Positions 7,101-17,173 of a stretch of DNA of 64,000 nt are shown in pieces. The stretch covers positions 19,636-83,635 of the forward strand of contig DAONDV010000001.1 of assembly GCA_035402745.1 (NCBI GenBank), in the 5' to 3' direction. Position 1 is the first letter of the stretch; each line of letters starts with the position of its first letter. This DNA comes from Minisyncoccota bacterium (GTDB lineage Bacteria > Patescibacteriota > Minisyncoccia > UBA6257 > JAAZHW01). The position numbers were made by a program, and so were the translations under genes. The notes below the pieces were generated by a model, which was given only the letters and a program-made list of their open reading frames with translations, was not told the origin of the DNA and ran no database searches.

Positions 7101-9710
7101 ATGCCAGGAAAAAATAGTTACAATCCATTTCATAAGATAAAAAAAAGAGATGGTCGAGTTGTGCCATTTACAACTGATAAAATAACTAATGCTATTTTTA
7201 AAGCCGCTGAAGAAACTGGCAAAATAGATTACGCTTTCGCTAAAACCATGTCTGAGGAGGTGGTGAAGCGTTTGGCTAGAAAATTAAAAATACAAAAATC
7301 TTACATTCCAACCATTGAAGAGATTCAAGACACGGTGGAACAAGTCTTGCTTGATAAAAATCAGATTAAGATTGCCAAGACTTATATGATGTATCGTCAG
7401 AAACGTTCTGAAATTAGAAAAGAGAAGGCGCAAATTTTAAATAAAGAAATTATTGACGAGGTTGATAAGAAATTTGATGTTAATGCTTTGAGAGTTTTGA
7501 CTTCTCGTTATTTGAGAAAGGACGGTTTTGGAAAAATTATAGAATCACCTAAAGAACTTTTTATTCGCGTAGCGGTGCACACGACTATACCGTCACTTTT
7601 TTACGATGATGCGGTTTATCAGAAAAAAGGAAAGGCAACCGAGCATCATACCGAAGAATTTTCTCCGGAAAAATTTGATGGAAAATATAAAATTGGAAAC
7701 TATGTTCTTAACCGTTATCACTTGGAAGGAATCAAGAGATTGTACGATCGATTTAACAAAGAACAAAAGATAAAAATATCTTGGCAGAATTTCTTGGATA
7801 AATTGAAAGAAGGATACTTTGATAAATATTCTGCGGAGATCGATAGTTTTTATAATTTAATGGCGAGCCGAAGATTTATGCCCAATACTCCGGCTTTGGC
7901 TAATTTTGGAAATGTTTTCGGAATGGGTTCCGCTTGTTTTGTTTTAGATGTTGGAGATTCCATTGATGATATTATGAGTACATTGAAATCCGCTTCTGTG
8001 ATTTTTAAATCCGGCGGAGGAGTGGGATATAATTTTTCTCAATTAAGGCCTGAGGGAGATTTTGTAAAATCAACCGGCGGTTATTCCTCCGGTCCTATTA
8101 GCTTCATGTCCTTGTATGACAGAATGACTGATGTTATTAAACAAGGCGGCATCAGAAGAGGGGCGAATATGGGTATTTTGAATAGCAATCATCCCGATAT
8201 TGAGGCTTTTGTTAAATGTAAAACCGGCAATCAAGCGTTGAAGAATTTCAATATTTCTATTTTGGTTTTGCCTGAATTTTGGGAATGCTTAAAGGACAAT
8301 AAGCCGTATCCGTTAGTAAATCCTCGCAGCAAACAAGTAGTTAAATATATTGATCCGAAATCATTATTGAATCTTATTTCTTATCAGGCGTGGGAGTCAG
8401 CTGAGCCGGGCGTAGTTTTCCATGATCGCATTAATGAATATAATCCGTTATTGAAAGTCTTGGGGCCCATCACTTGCACTAATCCTTGTGGAGAAGTTTT
8501 GCTTTATCCGTTTGAATCTTGTAATTTGGGAAGTTTGAATTTGTGGAGTTTTGTAAAACCGAATGCCAAACACGATCATATGATTTTTGATTGGGTGGAA
8601 TACGGAAAAACTATAGAAGTGGCTACTCGCTTTATGGACAATGTAATCGATATTAATAAATATCCTTTACCGGAAATTGCCGATATGTCTTTGAAAACAA
8701 GAAAGATGGGTTTGGGTGTGATGGGTTTAGCCGACACTTTGTTTGAATTGGCTCTTCCGTATAATTCCAAAGAAGGTTTGAAGTTTATGGAAAAAGCAAT
8801 TGAAGCTTTGAATTATTATTCTAAAGTTATTTCTGTTGAATTGAGTCAGGAACGAGGAAGATTCCCGTTGTTTGATCAATCTTTTTATCAAGATGGAAAA
8901 CTTCCATTTTCCGGATATAAAGATAAAAAATCTTCTAATTTCGATTGGAAATCTTTGATTGAAAAAATAAAGAAATCCGGATTAAGAAATTCTTTCACTA
9001 CAGTTTTAGCTCCTACAGGATCTATTTCTATGATTGCCGGATGTTCTTCCGGTATTGAGCCGAATTACAGTTTGGTTTTTGAAAAAAATGTGGCAGTGGG
9101 CAGTTTCTATTATGTTAATCCGGTTTTTGAAAGAGTGTTATTCAGACATGGATTATTTAACGATCAACTTTTGAGAAAAGTGATTGACAGTAATGGCAGT
9201 GTGCAAAAAATATCACGTATTCCCGAAAAGCTAAAGCAGATTCTTGTAACTTCTATGGATATAGAAGTGGAAGATCATATCAAGGCTTTGGCTGCGATGC
9301 AAAAATGGACAGACTCTTCTATCTCTAAAACTAACAACTTGCCAGCGAGCGCCACGCCGGAAGATATCAAAAAAGTATATCTTTTAGCGTATAAATTGGG
9401 CTGCAAGGATGTGACAGTTTATAGAGATAAGTCCATTCAAAATCAAGTTTTGGTTGCGGGTGGGAATAAAAAAGAAAAAGTCGTTGATGGTAAGAGGAAG
9501 GGCAGGAAAGAAGAGTTCTTAGCCAAAAAAGATGAGAAAGCTGAGGGCTTCTCTGTCTACTATCAACCCAATGTGATAGAAGTTATGCCGACTCAGATGA
9601 ATGGTCAAAATGGCAATGCTAGCAAATTTTGTCCTAGCTGTCACACGGAATTAGTTAATCAAGAGAAGTGTCATTCATGCCCGGTTTGCGGCTGGGGAAT
9701 GTGCAGCTAA
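7101..9710 (+). CDS. nrdJ: class II (adenosylcobalamin-dependent) ribonucleotide reductase with N-terminal ATP-cone and C-terminal Cys4 zinc ribbon
   Basis: ATP-cone-like N-terminus (KRDGRVVPFTTDKITNAIFKA). RNR blocks GGGVGYNFSQLRPEGD, active-site NPCGE, radical-site region. C-terminus CPSCH...CHSCPVCGWG. Confidence 0.8.
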   Translation: MPGKNSYNPFHKIKKRDGRVVPFTTDKITNAIFKAAEETGKIDYAFAKTMSEEVVKRLARKLKIQKSYIPTIEEIQDTVEQVLLDKNQIKIAKTYMMYRQKRSEIRKEKAQILNKEIIDEVDKKFDVNALRVLTSRYLRKDGFGKIIESPKELFIRVAVHTTIPSLFYDDAVYQKKGKATEHHTEEFSPEKFDGKYKIGNYVLNRYHLEGIKRLYDRFNKEQKIKISWQNFLDKLKEGYFDKYSAEIDSFYNLMASRRFMPNTPALANFGNVFGMGSACFVLDVGDSIDDIMSTLKSASVIFKSGGGVGYNFSQLRPEGDFVKSTGGYSSGPISFMSLYDRMTDVIKQGGIRRGANMGILNSNHPDIEAFVKCKTGNQALKNFNISILVLPEFWECLKDNKPYPLVNPRSKQVVKYIDPKSLLNLISYQAWESAEPGVVFHDRINEYNPLLKVLGPITCTNPCGEVLLYPFESCNLGSLNLWSFVKPNAKHDHMIFDWVEYGKTIEVATRFMDNVIDINKYPLPEIADMSLKTRKMGLGVMGLADTLFELALPYNSKEGLKFMEKAIEALNYYSKVISVELSQERGRFPLFDQSFYQDGKLPFSGYKDKKSSNFDWKSLIEKIKKSGLRNSFTTVLAPTGSISMIAGCSSGIEPNYSLVFEKNVAVGSFYYVNPVFERVLFRHGLFNDQLLRKVIDSNGSVQKISRIPEKLKQILVTSMDIEVEDHIKALAAMQKWTDSSISKTNNLPASATPEDIKKVYLLAYKLGCKDVTVYRDKSIQNQVLVAGGNKKEKVVDGKRKGRKEEFLAKKDEKAEGFSVYYQPNVIEVMPTQMNGQNGNASKFCPSCHTELVNQEKCHSCPVCGWGMCS

Positions 9711-9755
9711 CTTTAATCGCGAATACATACGAATTATAAAAGGATTTTAATTTGT

Positions 9756-11231
9756 ATGAATCTACCTGATAAATTTTTGTTGTTTGTTATCCTTTACGGG
9801 GCGGGAGTTTTTACCGCCTCGTTTTTATTTATTTCTTGGATTTGGATTTTATTATTCTTGGTTTTTATTTGCAGTTTTGCTTTGTGGTCTTTTTTGTGTC
9901 ACAAGAAGTTGTTGATTTTTGTGACTGCGGCAACTCTTTTTGCGTTTGGCGTGATTTCTTTTCAAACATCGGACTATTACAATCAAAAAAGTTCTAGCAT
10001 TCGTTGGAATGGTGATTTTGTTAAGGCGTCGGGAGTGGTTTGTGATGAACCAGAATTCAAAGAATCCTCGGTTTGGTTAAGAGTGGAGTTGAAGGATAAT
10101 TATCAAGGAAAGATTTTGATTAAAACGAAACCGTATACTAAAAATTTTCAATATGGAGATGAGATTGTTTTTGAGGGTAAATTGGAAGAACCAGAAAATT
10201 TTTCGGATTTTGATTTTAAGGCTTATCTATCCAAAGAAGGAATTTATTCTATAGCTAATTATCCAAAAGTAGAAATTATAAAAAACCATCAAGGCTCGGC
10301 GATTAAATCTTCTTTATTAAAAGTAAAAAATTTGTTTGAAGAAAAAATTGATACAATTTTACCGGAGCCGGAATCGAGTTTTTTGGGAGGATTGCTTTTG
10401 GGAGAACGTCAAAGTTTGGATGCTGGATTGAAAGAGAAAATGCAAAAAAGCGGGACTAGTCATTTGGTGGCTTTGTCCGGTTATAACATTACTATCATTT
10501 GTACCGCCGTTCTTTCATTATTGTTATTTTTTGGTTTGAAAAGAAACATTGCTTTTTGGTTGTCAGTTTTGTTTATTGTTGTTTTTGTTCTTATGACTGG
10601 GGCTTCTGCTTCGGTGGTGCGCGCTGGCATTATGGGTGGCTTGCTTTTATTAAGCCAAAGAATTGGCAGGTTATATCATCCTAGAAATGCTCTTTTTCTG
10701 GCCGGCATTATTATGGTAATAATCAATCCGAAAATATTAAGATTTGATTTTGCTTTTCAATTATCTTTTGCTGCCACTTTGGGATTGATTTATTTCTATC
10801 CGTTTTTTGAGAAAGTATTAAAGTCGGATCAATCCAGTTTTTTAAATTGGCGTGGTGTTTTAGCCACAACTTTGTCGGCGCAATTCGCAGTCTTGCCATT
10901 AATTGTATTAAGATTTGGATATTTTCCATTGGTTTCTCCTTTGAGTAATATCTTTATTTTGTCTTTGATTCCGATAACAATGTTATTTGGTTTTTTAGCG
11001 GGGGTGTCAGGGTTAATTTTTTCTGGTTTGGCGATGATTTTCGGTCTTCTTTCTTATTTATTGCTTAAGATGGAAATTCTTATTATTGATTTTTTTGGCA
11101 GTCTGAAATTTGCTATAATTTCTTTGGATAAAGTGAGAGAATGGGTTTTCTGGCTAGCGGTGGGAATAGTGATATTAATGTTTGTATACATTCAAAAAAA
11201 GAGATTGAAGTATTTAAAATATACTCGGTAG
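9756..11231 (+). CDS. comEC: ComEC/Rec2 DNA-uptake channel protein, N-terminal (OB/DUF4131 plus polytopic competence domain) part
   Basis: Multi-TM protein with the ComEC competence-domain block SGTSHLVALSGYNITII. Ends with TAG 12 nt before the next ORF, which encodes the remainder of ComEC in a different frame. Confidence 0.7.
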   Translation: MNLPDKFLLFVILYGAGVFTASFLFISWIWILLFLVFICSFALWSFLCHKKLLIFVTAATLFAFGVISFQTSDYYNQKSSSIRWNGDFVKASGVVCDEPEFKESSVWLRVELKDNYQGKILIKTKPYTKNFQYGDEIVFEGKLEEPENFSDFDFKAYLSKEGIYSIANYPKVEIIKNHQGSAIKSSLLKVKNLFEEKIDTILPEPESSFLGGLLLGERQSLDAGLKEKMQKSGTSHLVALSGYNITIICTAVLSLLLFFGLKRNIAFWLSVLFIVVFVLMTGASASVVRAGIMGGLLLLSQRIGRLYHPRNALFLAGIIMVIINPKILRFDFAFQLSFAATLGLIYFYPFFEKVLKSDQSSFLNWRGVLATTLSAQFAVLPLIVLRFGYFPLVSPLSNIFILSLIPITMLFGFLAGVSGLIFSGLAMIFGLLSYLLLKMEILIIDFFGSLKFAIISLDKVREWVFWLAVGIVILMFVYIQKKRLKYLKYTR

Positions 11232-11242
11232 GATAATGCGTA

Positions 11243-12109
11243 TTGTTTGAATTTTTATTATTAGTTATGGAACAATCCGGTAAATCAATAATAATTTTCG
11301 GTCTGTTGATTTTATTGGCCCTTAATTTGGTGGTTTGGTTTTTTATTTTGTCGGAAAGTAATTTGACGAAAATAGATTTTTTGGACGTAGGGCAAGGGGA
11401 TGCGTCTTTAATTAGCTTTCGTAATTCCGGAAAAATAATGGTTGATGCCGGACCGGATCGAAGTGTGCTTAGTAAATTGGGTAGTAGTTTAAATTTTTTT
11501 GATAAGAAGATAGATGTTGTAATTTTATCTCATGCCAATTTAGATCATTATGGAGGTTTTTTTGAAATGATAAAGCGATATCAGCCGCGAGTTTTTGTTT
11601 ATAGCGGCGCAGATAGTACTAGTGAAACTTTTCAAAGTTTAATGTCTTTAATAAAGAATAATGGTGTAGCCGTTGTAGCTTTGGGGGCTGGGGATAAAAT
11701 TAAGATCGGTAATGATGTTTTGGATATTATTTCCCCAGCTCGCAACGAGATCTTTTCCGAGAAGAATCTCAATAACAGTTCTTTAGTGTTTCGAGCGACT
11801 ATTAATGGTTTTAGAACTTTATTTTTAGGAGATGCTGATAGTGGTTTTTTGAAAAAAATAACGACTGATTGGCAAGCGGATATTTTGAAGGTTAGTCATC
11901 ACGGATCAAAAAATGGCACTAGTCCGGAGTTATTGAAATTAATTAATCCACAAATAGCGCTAATTGGAGTAGGAAGAGATAATAAATATAATCATCCTGC
12001 CGATACGGTTATTAATTTATTAAACGATTTGGGTGTTAAAATTTTTCGTACTGATGAAAGCGGTGATATCGGTATTCAGTTCGGTAAAGATCTGATTGTT
12101 GAAAATTAA
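11243..12109 (+). CDS. comEC: ComEC C-terminal metallo-beta-lactamase-fold domain protein (separate ORF, TTG or downstream ATG start)
   Basis: N-terminal TM helix, then MBL motifs FLDVGQGDASLI, VILSHANLDHYGG and KVSHHGS, typical of the ComEC C-terminal domain. Confidence 0.7.
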   Translation: MFEFLLLVMEQSGKSIIIFGLLILLALNLVVWFFILSESNLTKIDFLDVGQGDASLISFRNSGKIMVDAGPDRSVLSKLGSSLNFFDKKIDVVILSHANLDHYGGFFEMIKRYQPRVFVYSGADSTSETFQSLMSLIKNNGVAVVALGAGDKIKIGNDVLDIISPARNEIFSEKNLNNSSLVFRATINGFRTLFLGDADSGFLKKITTDWQADILKVSHHGSKNGTSPELLKLINPQIALIGVGRDNKYNHPADTVINLLNDLGVKIFRTDESGDIGIQFGKDLIVEN

Positions 12110-12142
12110 AAATCCCGACAATGTTGTCGGGATTTTCTTTTA
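12110..12142. terminator. bidirectional rho-independent terminator between convergent comEC and corA
   Basis: AATCCCGACAA / TTGTCGGGATT stem flanked by A-run and T-run. Confidence 0.8.
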
Positions 12143-13048
12143 AAGCCACTTTTTTATTTTAAAAAATATTAAACATGCGATTGAGACTATTAGCATTGCG
12201 CCTGTAATAATCCAAAAGCTGAAAGGATGGCTGACCAGGGGAGTGTTTGCGGTATTCATTCCGAAAATATTTGATAATAAAGAAAGCGGCATGGTAACAA
12301 AAGCGATAATGGTGAGAATTTTCATAATCTCATTCATTTTGCTTTCAAATAGAGTGTTATTGGTGGATTCTAGAGCTTCTACCGTTTCTTTGAGATTATC
12401 CAAGGTGTCCCATACTTTTTCATAATCACCCAACAAGTCATTAAAGTATATTTCTATTTCTTTACCAAAAAATTTCGAGCCTTTTGTTAATAATGATTCT
12501 AAAATGGTCTTTTGAGGTCTAGTAATAAGTCGTTGATCCAAGATGTCTCTTTTTACAAAAGAAATTTCTTGTATCATTTGCTTCTCATGGCCTTTAAAAA
12601 TAGATTCCTCAATGAAAGATATTTTTTCGTTGATATGATTGAGTTGACGCAAGGAAAATTCTTGGCAATCTTCTAAAATTTCATATAAAAGATGTCCGGT
12701 GGTTTTATCCAAATATTTTTCATGGCTGCTGATATCTTTTTCCAATCGATTGAAAAAGATGTTGATAGGTTCTACTTCGCTATAGCGAGAGGTTATTATT
12801 GTGTCTTTGGTGATTAAGAAGTCAACTTCTGTAGCTTTGGATACGCGGGTGGTGGAGTCGTATATCGGTATGTGGTAAACAATGTATATATAATTATTAT
12901 ATGTTTCAACCTTGGAGCGAGATGACGGTTTCATCAATTCGGACATAATAAGAGGATGAAACTTATAATTAGCGCCCAAATAATCTATATCGTTTTGGCT
13001 GGGATTGACGATATCAATCCAAGTGATTTTTGATTGTACTTGTTTCAT
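12140..13048 (-). CDS. corA: CorA family Mg2+/Co2+ transporter
   Basis: C-terminal two TM helices with the signature GMN motif (IFGMNTANTP) and a cytoplasmic N-domain. Confidence 0.85.
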   Translation of the reverse strand: MKQVQSKITWIDIVNPSQNDIDYLGANYKFHPLIMSELMKPSSRSKVETYNNYIYIVYHIPIYDSTTRVSKATEVDFLITKDTIITSRYSEVEPINIFFNRLEKDISSHEKYLDKTTGHLLYEILEDCQEFSLRQLNHINEKISFIEESIFKGHEKQMIQEISFVKRDILDQRLITRPQKTILESLLTKGSKFFGKEIEIYFNDLLGDYEKVWDTLDNLKETVEALESTNNTLFESKMNEIMKILTIIAFVTMPLSLLSNIFGMNTANTPLVSHPFSFWIITGAMLIVSIACLIFFKIKKWL

Positions 13049-13232
13049 TAGAGGAATAATTTAAAAAACTAGACCATTAAATGTTATTTTTATTATTATA
13101 CAAAAATATTAAAAGAGTGGCAATGGCGTTTATGAGTTAATTGGATCATTTTGCATTATTGACCAATTTTATTGATAAAAATTTTAAAAAGTGATTAAAT
13201 CTTCTTTTGAAGCGGAATGTTGCCTAATGGGG

Positions 13233-13261
13233 TTGACTTCCGTTTTATTATTTGCTAAATT
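13233..13261 (+). promoter_or_regulatory. candidate sigma70 promoter of the rpsL-rpsG-fusA (str) operon
   Basis: TTGACT at 13233-13238, 17-nt spacer, TAAATT at 13256-13261. Confidence 0.35.
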
Positions 13262-13288
13262 ATTTGATATCTAAAATAATTGAAATAA

Positions 13289-13699
13289 ATGCCAACTATT
13301 AATCAGTTGATAAATAAAAGAAGAAAATCTATTGTGAAAAAGACCAAGACACCGGCCTTATCTTTTGGTTTTAATGCTTTGAGAAATCGTCCTATTTCTT
13401 ATCCTGCTTCTTTTAAAAGAGGCGTCTGTGTAAAAGTTTTTACAACTACTCCGAAGAAACCAAACTCTGCTTTGCGTAAAGTGGCGCGTGTGCGTCTTTC
13501 TAATGGCATGGAAGTAACCGCTTATATTCCTGGAGAAGGTCATAATTTGCAGGAACATTCCGTGGTTGTAATTCGCGGTGGTAGGGTTAAGGATTTACCG
13601 GGTGTTCGTTATCATATCGTACGTGGAGTTTTGGATACAACTGGTGTGCAGAACCGTAAACAGCAAAGGTCTAAATACGGAGCTAAGACACCTAAATAA
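13289..13699 (+). CDS. rpsL: 30S ribosomal protein S12 (with a ~15-aa internal insertion near the N-terminus)
   Basis: Sequence MPTINQLI...[30 protein letters not shown]...[17 protein letters not shown] matches S12. Confidence 0.95.
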   Translation: MPTINQLINKRRKSIVKKTKTPALSFGFNALRNRPISYPASFKRGVCVKVFTTTPKKPNSALRKVARVRLSNGMEVTAYIPGEGHNLQEHSVVVIRGGRVKDLPGVRYHIVRGVLDTTGVQNRKQQRSKYGAKTPK

Positions 13700-13711
13700 T
13701 ACTAAACAGTT

Positions 13712-14179
13712 ATGCGAAGAAATAAAAAATTTAAAAGAAATTTTGAACCGGACATGGTCCATAATAGAATCGAGTTCACTCGGTTTATTAACTATTTAAT
13801 GGAAAGAGGCAAGAAGAGTGTAGCTGAAGGAATTTTTTATAAAACTTTAGATATCATTAAAGAGACTACTAAAAAAGATCCCGCTCTTGTTGTGGAAACA
13901 GCTATGAAAAACGTTTCTCCTGTTGTGGAGGTGCGTTCTAAAAGAGTAGGTGGAGCTAATTATCAAGTGCCTCAAGAAGTAAGACCGGAAAGAAAATTTG
14001 CTTTGACTTGTCGTTGGATTTTAGATGCAGCCAGAAAAAGAACGGGCATGGATATGTCCAAAAAATTGGCTGAGGAATTTTTAGCGGCTGCTAATAATGA
14101 AGGAGCGGCTATTAAGAAAAAATTAGACACTCATCGCATTGCCGAAGCAAACAAGGCCTTCGCGCATTTTGCTAGGTAA
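13712..14179 (+). CDS. rpsG: 30S ribosomal protein S7
   Basis: S7 consensus blocks (KKSVAEGIFY..., NVSPVVEVRSKRVGGANYQVP). Confidence 0.95.
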   Translation: MRRNKKFKRNFEPDMVHNRIEFTRFINYLMERGKKSVAEGIFYKTLDIIKETTKKDPALVVETAMKNVSPVVEVRSKRVGGANYQVPQEVRPERKFALTCRWILDAARKRTGMDMSKKLAEEFLAAANNEGAAIKKKLDTHRIAEANKAFAHFAR

Positions 14180-14243
14180 AGCGGAATTTAAAATAAATTA
14201 GAAAATTAATCCGCCGATAAGGCGGATTAAAAATATAAAAATT

Positions 14244-16358
14244 ATGGCAAGACAATATCCAATTGAAAAAGTAAGAGATATCGGCATTATTGCTCACATT
14301 GACGCCGGAAAAACAACCGTTTCTGAACGCGTTCTTTTTTATACCGGCATTTCTCATAAAATTGGAGAAACTCATGAAGGTGAGGCAATCATGGACTGGA
14401 TGGATCAGGAAAGAGAAAGAGGTATCACTATTACTTCTGCCGCTACTACTTGTTTTTGGACTCAAACTTATAAAAAAGTGGCAGGTGATAAAAAAGGAGG
14501 AGAATATCGTATCAACTTGATTGATACTCCGGGCCACATTGATTTTACCGTTGAGGTGCAAAGATCATTGCGCGTTTTAGATGGCGCCGTGGTTGTTTTT
14601 GATGGAGTTTCCGGTGTAGAACCACAATCCGAAACTGTATGGCATCAGGCTGATAAATATGAAGTGCCTCGTTTATGTTTTGTTAATAAATTGGATAGAA
14701 TGGGAGCAAGTTTTGATTTTTGCTTATCTACCATTAAAGAAAGATTGAGTCCCAATGCTTTACCGATTCAATTAAATATTGGAACAGAAGATCAATTCTC
14801 CGGTGTTATTGATTTGGTTAGAATGAAAGCCTTTGCTTTTAACGGAGAGCATGGAGAAATTATTGAAGAGATTGAAATCCCTGCAGATTTGAAAGAGAAA
14901 GCTGAAACTATGCATCATGAATTGGTTGAAAAAATTGTAGAACAGGATGATGCGTTAATGGCTAAATATTTAGAAGGTCAAGAACCAACCGAAGACGAAT
15001 TAAGAAAAACTTTAAGAAAAGCTGTTATTGCTTATAAGATTGTTCCAGTTTTGTGTGGAACCGCTTTGAGAAATAAAGGTGTGCAATTAATGTTGGATGC
15101 GGTAGTTGATTATTTACCGTCTCCAATTGATTTGCCTCCAACAAAAGGATTTAATCCTAATAAACCGGAAGAAGAAGTTTTGAGACATCCTGATGACAAT
15201 GAGCCTTTGGCTGCTTTGGCTTTTAAGATTGCTGCCGATCCGTTTGTGGGAAGTTTAACTTATTTCCGCGTTTATTCCGGTGTCTTGAAAAGAGGTACTT
15301 ATATTTTAAATAGTATTAAAGGAGAAAGAGAAAGAGTTGGTCGTGTTTTACGTATGCACGCTAATCATCGTGAAGAAGTGGAGGAAGTATACGCTGGAGA
15401 TATTGCCGCTATTGTAGGTTTGAAAAATACTACTACTGGCGATACTTTGTGTGATCCGGAGAATCCTTTAGTTTTGGAAAAAATTGAATTCCCAGAGCCG
15501 GTTATTCATATGCGCATTGAGCCGAAGACTAAAGCTGACCAAGAAAAGATGGGCTTGGCTTTGAGAAAATTATCAGAGGAAGATCCAACCTTTACTGTAA
15601 AGACCGATCAAGAAACAGCGGAAACTTTGATTGGTGGTATGGGAGAATTACACTTAGACGTTTTGGTAGAAAGAATGAAACGAGAATTTAAGGTGGAAGC
15701 TAACACTGGCAGACCTCAAGTTGCTTATAAAGAAACTATTAAGAGTGGAGCCGAGGCTGAAGGAAAATATATTCGTCAATCAGGCGGAAAGGGTCAATAC
15801 GGTCATTGCTGGCTTAAGGTTGAGCCGATGGAAAGAGGTGAGAAATTTGAATTTGTTAACGCCATCAAAGGAGGCGCTATTCCTCAGGAATTTATTTCTC
15901 CAATTGAAAAAGGTGTAAAAGAATCTATGGCCAAGGGTGTTGTTGCCGGTTTCCCTATGGAAGATATTAAAGTCACCTTGTTTGATGGTTCTTTCCATGA
16001 TGTAGACTCTTCAGAATTTGCCTTTAAGATTGCCGCATCTATGGCTTTCCAAGAAGCTTGTAAACGCTCCAATCCGATTATTTTGGAACCGATTATGAAG
16101 GTGCAGGTAATTATTCCGCCAGAATTTTTGGGAGATACTTCCGGAGATTTGAATTCCAAACGCGCTCGCATTGAATCTATGAATGACAGAATGATGACTA
16201 AAGTTATTGATGCGAAAGTGCCGTTATCAGAAATGTTTGGTTATGCAACCAAATTGCGTTCTATGACTCAGGGTAGAGGATTCTTCACAATGGAATTTGA
16301 TCATTATGCAGAAGTTCCGAAGAATGTTGCAGAACAAATTATCGCTGGAAAGAAATAA
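14244..16358 (+). CDS. fusA: elongation factor G
   Basis: N-terminal G-domain with [14 protein letters not shown] and DTPGHIDF. Full 704-aa EF-G. Confidence 0.97.
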   Translation: MARQYPIEKVRDIGIIAHIDAGKTTVSERVLFYTGISHKIGETHEGEAIMDWMDQERERGITITSAATTCFWTQTYKKVAGDKKGGEYRINLIDTPGHIDFTVEVQRSLRVLDGAVVVFDGVSGVEPQSETVWHQADKYEVPRLCFVNKLDRMGASFDFCLSTIKERLSPNALPIQLNIGTEDQFSGVIDLVRMKAFAFNGEHGEIIEEIEIPADLKEKAETMHHELVEKIVEQDDALMAKYLEGQEPTEDELRKTLRKAVIAYKIVPVLCGTALRNKGVQLMLDAVVDYLPSPIDLPPTKGFNPNKPEEEVLRHPDDNEPLAALAFKIAADPFVGSLTYFRVYSGVLKRGTYILNSIKGERERVGRVLRMHANHREEVEEVYAGDIAAIVGLKNTTTGDTLCDPENPLVLEKIEFPEPVIHMRIEPKTKADQEKMGLALRKLSEEDPTFTVKTDQETAETLIGGMGELHLDVLVERMKREFKVEANTGRPQVAYKETIKSGAEAEGKYIRQSGGKGQYGHCWLKVEPMERGEKFEFVNAIKGGAIPQEFISPIEKGVKESMAKGVVAGFPMEDIKVTLFDGSFHDVDSSEFAFKIAASMAFQEACKRSNPIILEPIMKVQVIIPPEFLGDTSGDLNSKRARIESMNDRMMTKVIDAKVPLSEMFGYATKLRSMTQGRGFFTMEFDHYAEVPKNVAEQIIAGKK

Positions 16359-16401
16359 ATCTTTTATTAAATTTATTTATCAATTATTTAGAATTTTTGA
16401 A

Positions 16402-16439
16402 TCATACGTATAACTTACGATCGTAAGTTATACGTATGA
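16402..16439. repeat. 38-nt perfect palindrome TCATACGTATAACTTACGA|TCGTAAGTTATACGTATGA
   Basis: Exact reverse-complement symmetry about CGATCG, with no T-run. Sits 44 nt after the fusA stop. Confidence 0.9.
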
Positions 16440-16450
16440 AGAGAGGACGA

Positions 16451-16481
16451 CCGCCTCGGCATTATATGCCGAGGCGGTTTG
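16451..16481 (+). terminator. stem-loop (12-bp stem CCGCCTCGGCAT/ATGCCGAGGCGG, 3-nt loop) with a short T-run; probable fusA terminator
   Basis: Perfect 12-bp stem followed by TTTG. Confidence 0.55.
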
Positions 16482-16529
16482 ACTTCTTGGCCAAAACAAC
16501 TATTATAAAGTTAGAATTTTAATAATAAG

Positions 16530-16922
16530 ATGCACCCATCTTGTTGTAAATCTTTGATGGGTAATGGAGGTAAAATGCCTATAAAAGTGGAGACTTGCAT
16601 TCCAGAAAATTATATTGAAATTTCTCTCCCTCATTTAGAAGGAAAATTGTCCGACTCAGGAGAAGAGTATTCAATCATAAGAAATATTTTTATATTTGAT
16701 ATTGGCATAGATAAATGTTTGTGGTTTGATTCTGTACTTCAGCCATTAACGGCTTATGAATTGGCCAAAAAGAAAAAAAGTGGAATTCGCATTCGTTTGG
16801 TTGACGAATCGATGCTTGGTTGCCATTTTTATTCTTTTGAAAATTTGGAAAAATTTGCCGAAGATTTCAAATTGAGGAATCTTTTGAAAAATATTAATAA
16901 GAATGAAGGAGGTGAGGAGTGA
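16530..16922 (+). CDS. hypothetical protein (130 aa; possible alternative start at 16575)
   Basis: Long ORF in the fusA-tuf gap with no recognisable motifs. Confidence 0.45.
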   Translation: MHPSCCKSLMGNGGKMPIKVETCIPENYIEISLPHLEGKLSDSGEEYSIIRNIFIFDIGIDKCLWFDSVLQPLTAYELAKKKKSGIRIRLVDESMLGCHFYSFENLEKFAEDFKLRNLLKNINKNEGGEE

Positions 16923-17086
16923 AGAATGGCACTTTGAAGAGGTCTAGCAATGAGTCGTTGCGGCGCGCGATAAATGATCGTCCGTTTCAACTTGATTTGA
17001 ATAAGAAGCACGGTAAGCTTTGGTTTGTATTGATTATGCTGACGGTTATCGTCCTTGGCATTGCCGCGTCATTTGTCTTCAATTGA
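16919..17086 (+). CDS. candidate small membrane protein (55 aa, GTG start overlapping upstream stop; C-terminal TM helix LWFVLIMLTVIVLGIAASFVF)
   Basis: Absent from the ORF track. In-frame GTG start 4-nt-overlapping the preceding TGA. Ends 14 nt before a strong terminator. Confidence 0.3.
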   Translation: MKNGTLKRSSNESLRRAINDRPFQLDLNKKHGKLWFVLIMLTVIVLGIAASFVFN

Positions 17087-17100
17087 TAAAAAGACTAATA

Positions 17101-17138
17101 AGCCCCTGACTATAAATATAGTCAGGGGCTTTATTGTT
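17101..17138 (+). terminator. rho-independent terminator
   Basis: AGCCCCTGACTA / TAGTCAGGGGCT stem followed by TTATTGTT. Confidence 0.8.
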
Positions 17139-17173
17139 GTTTGATTGTTAAAAATTTGGTAAAATATTCAGGT

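Noticed and set aside
10499-10684. 61-aa plus-strand ORF inside comEC
   Set aside because: Alternate frame within the ComEC competence-domain gene.
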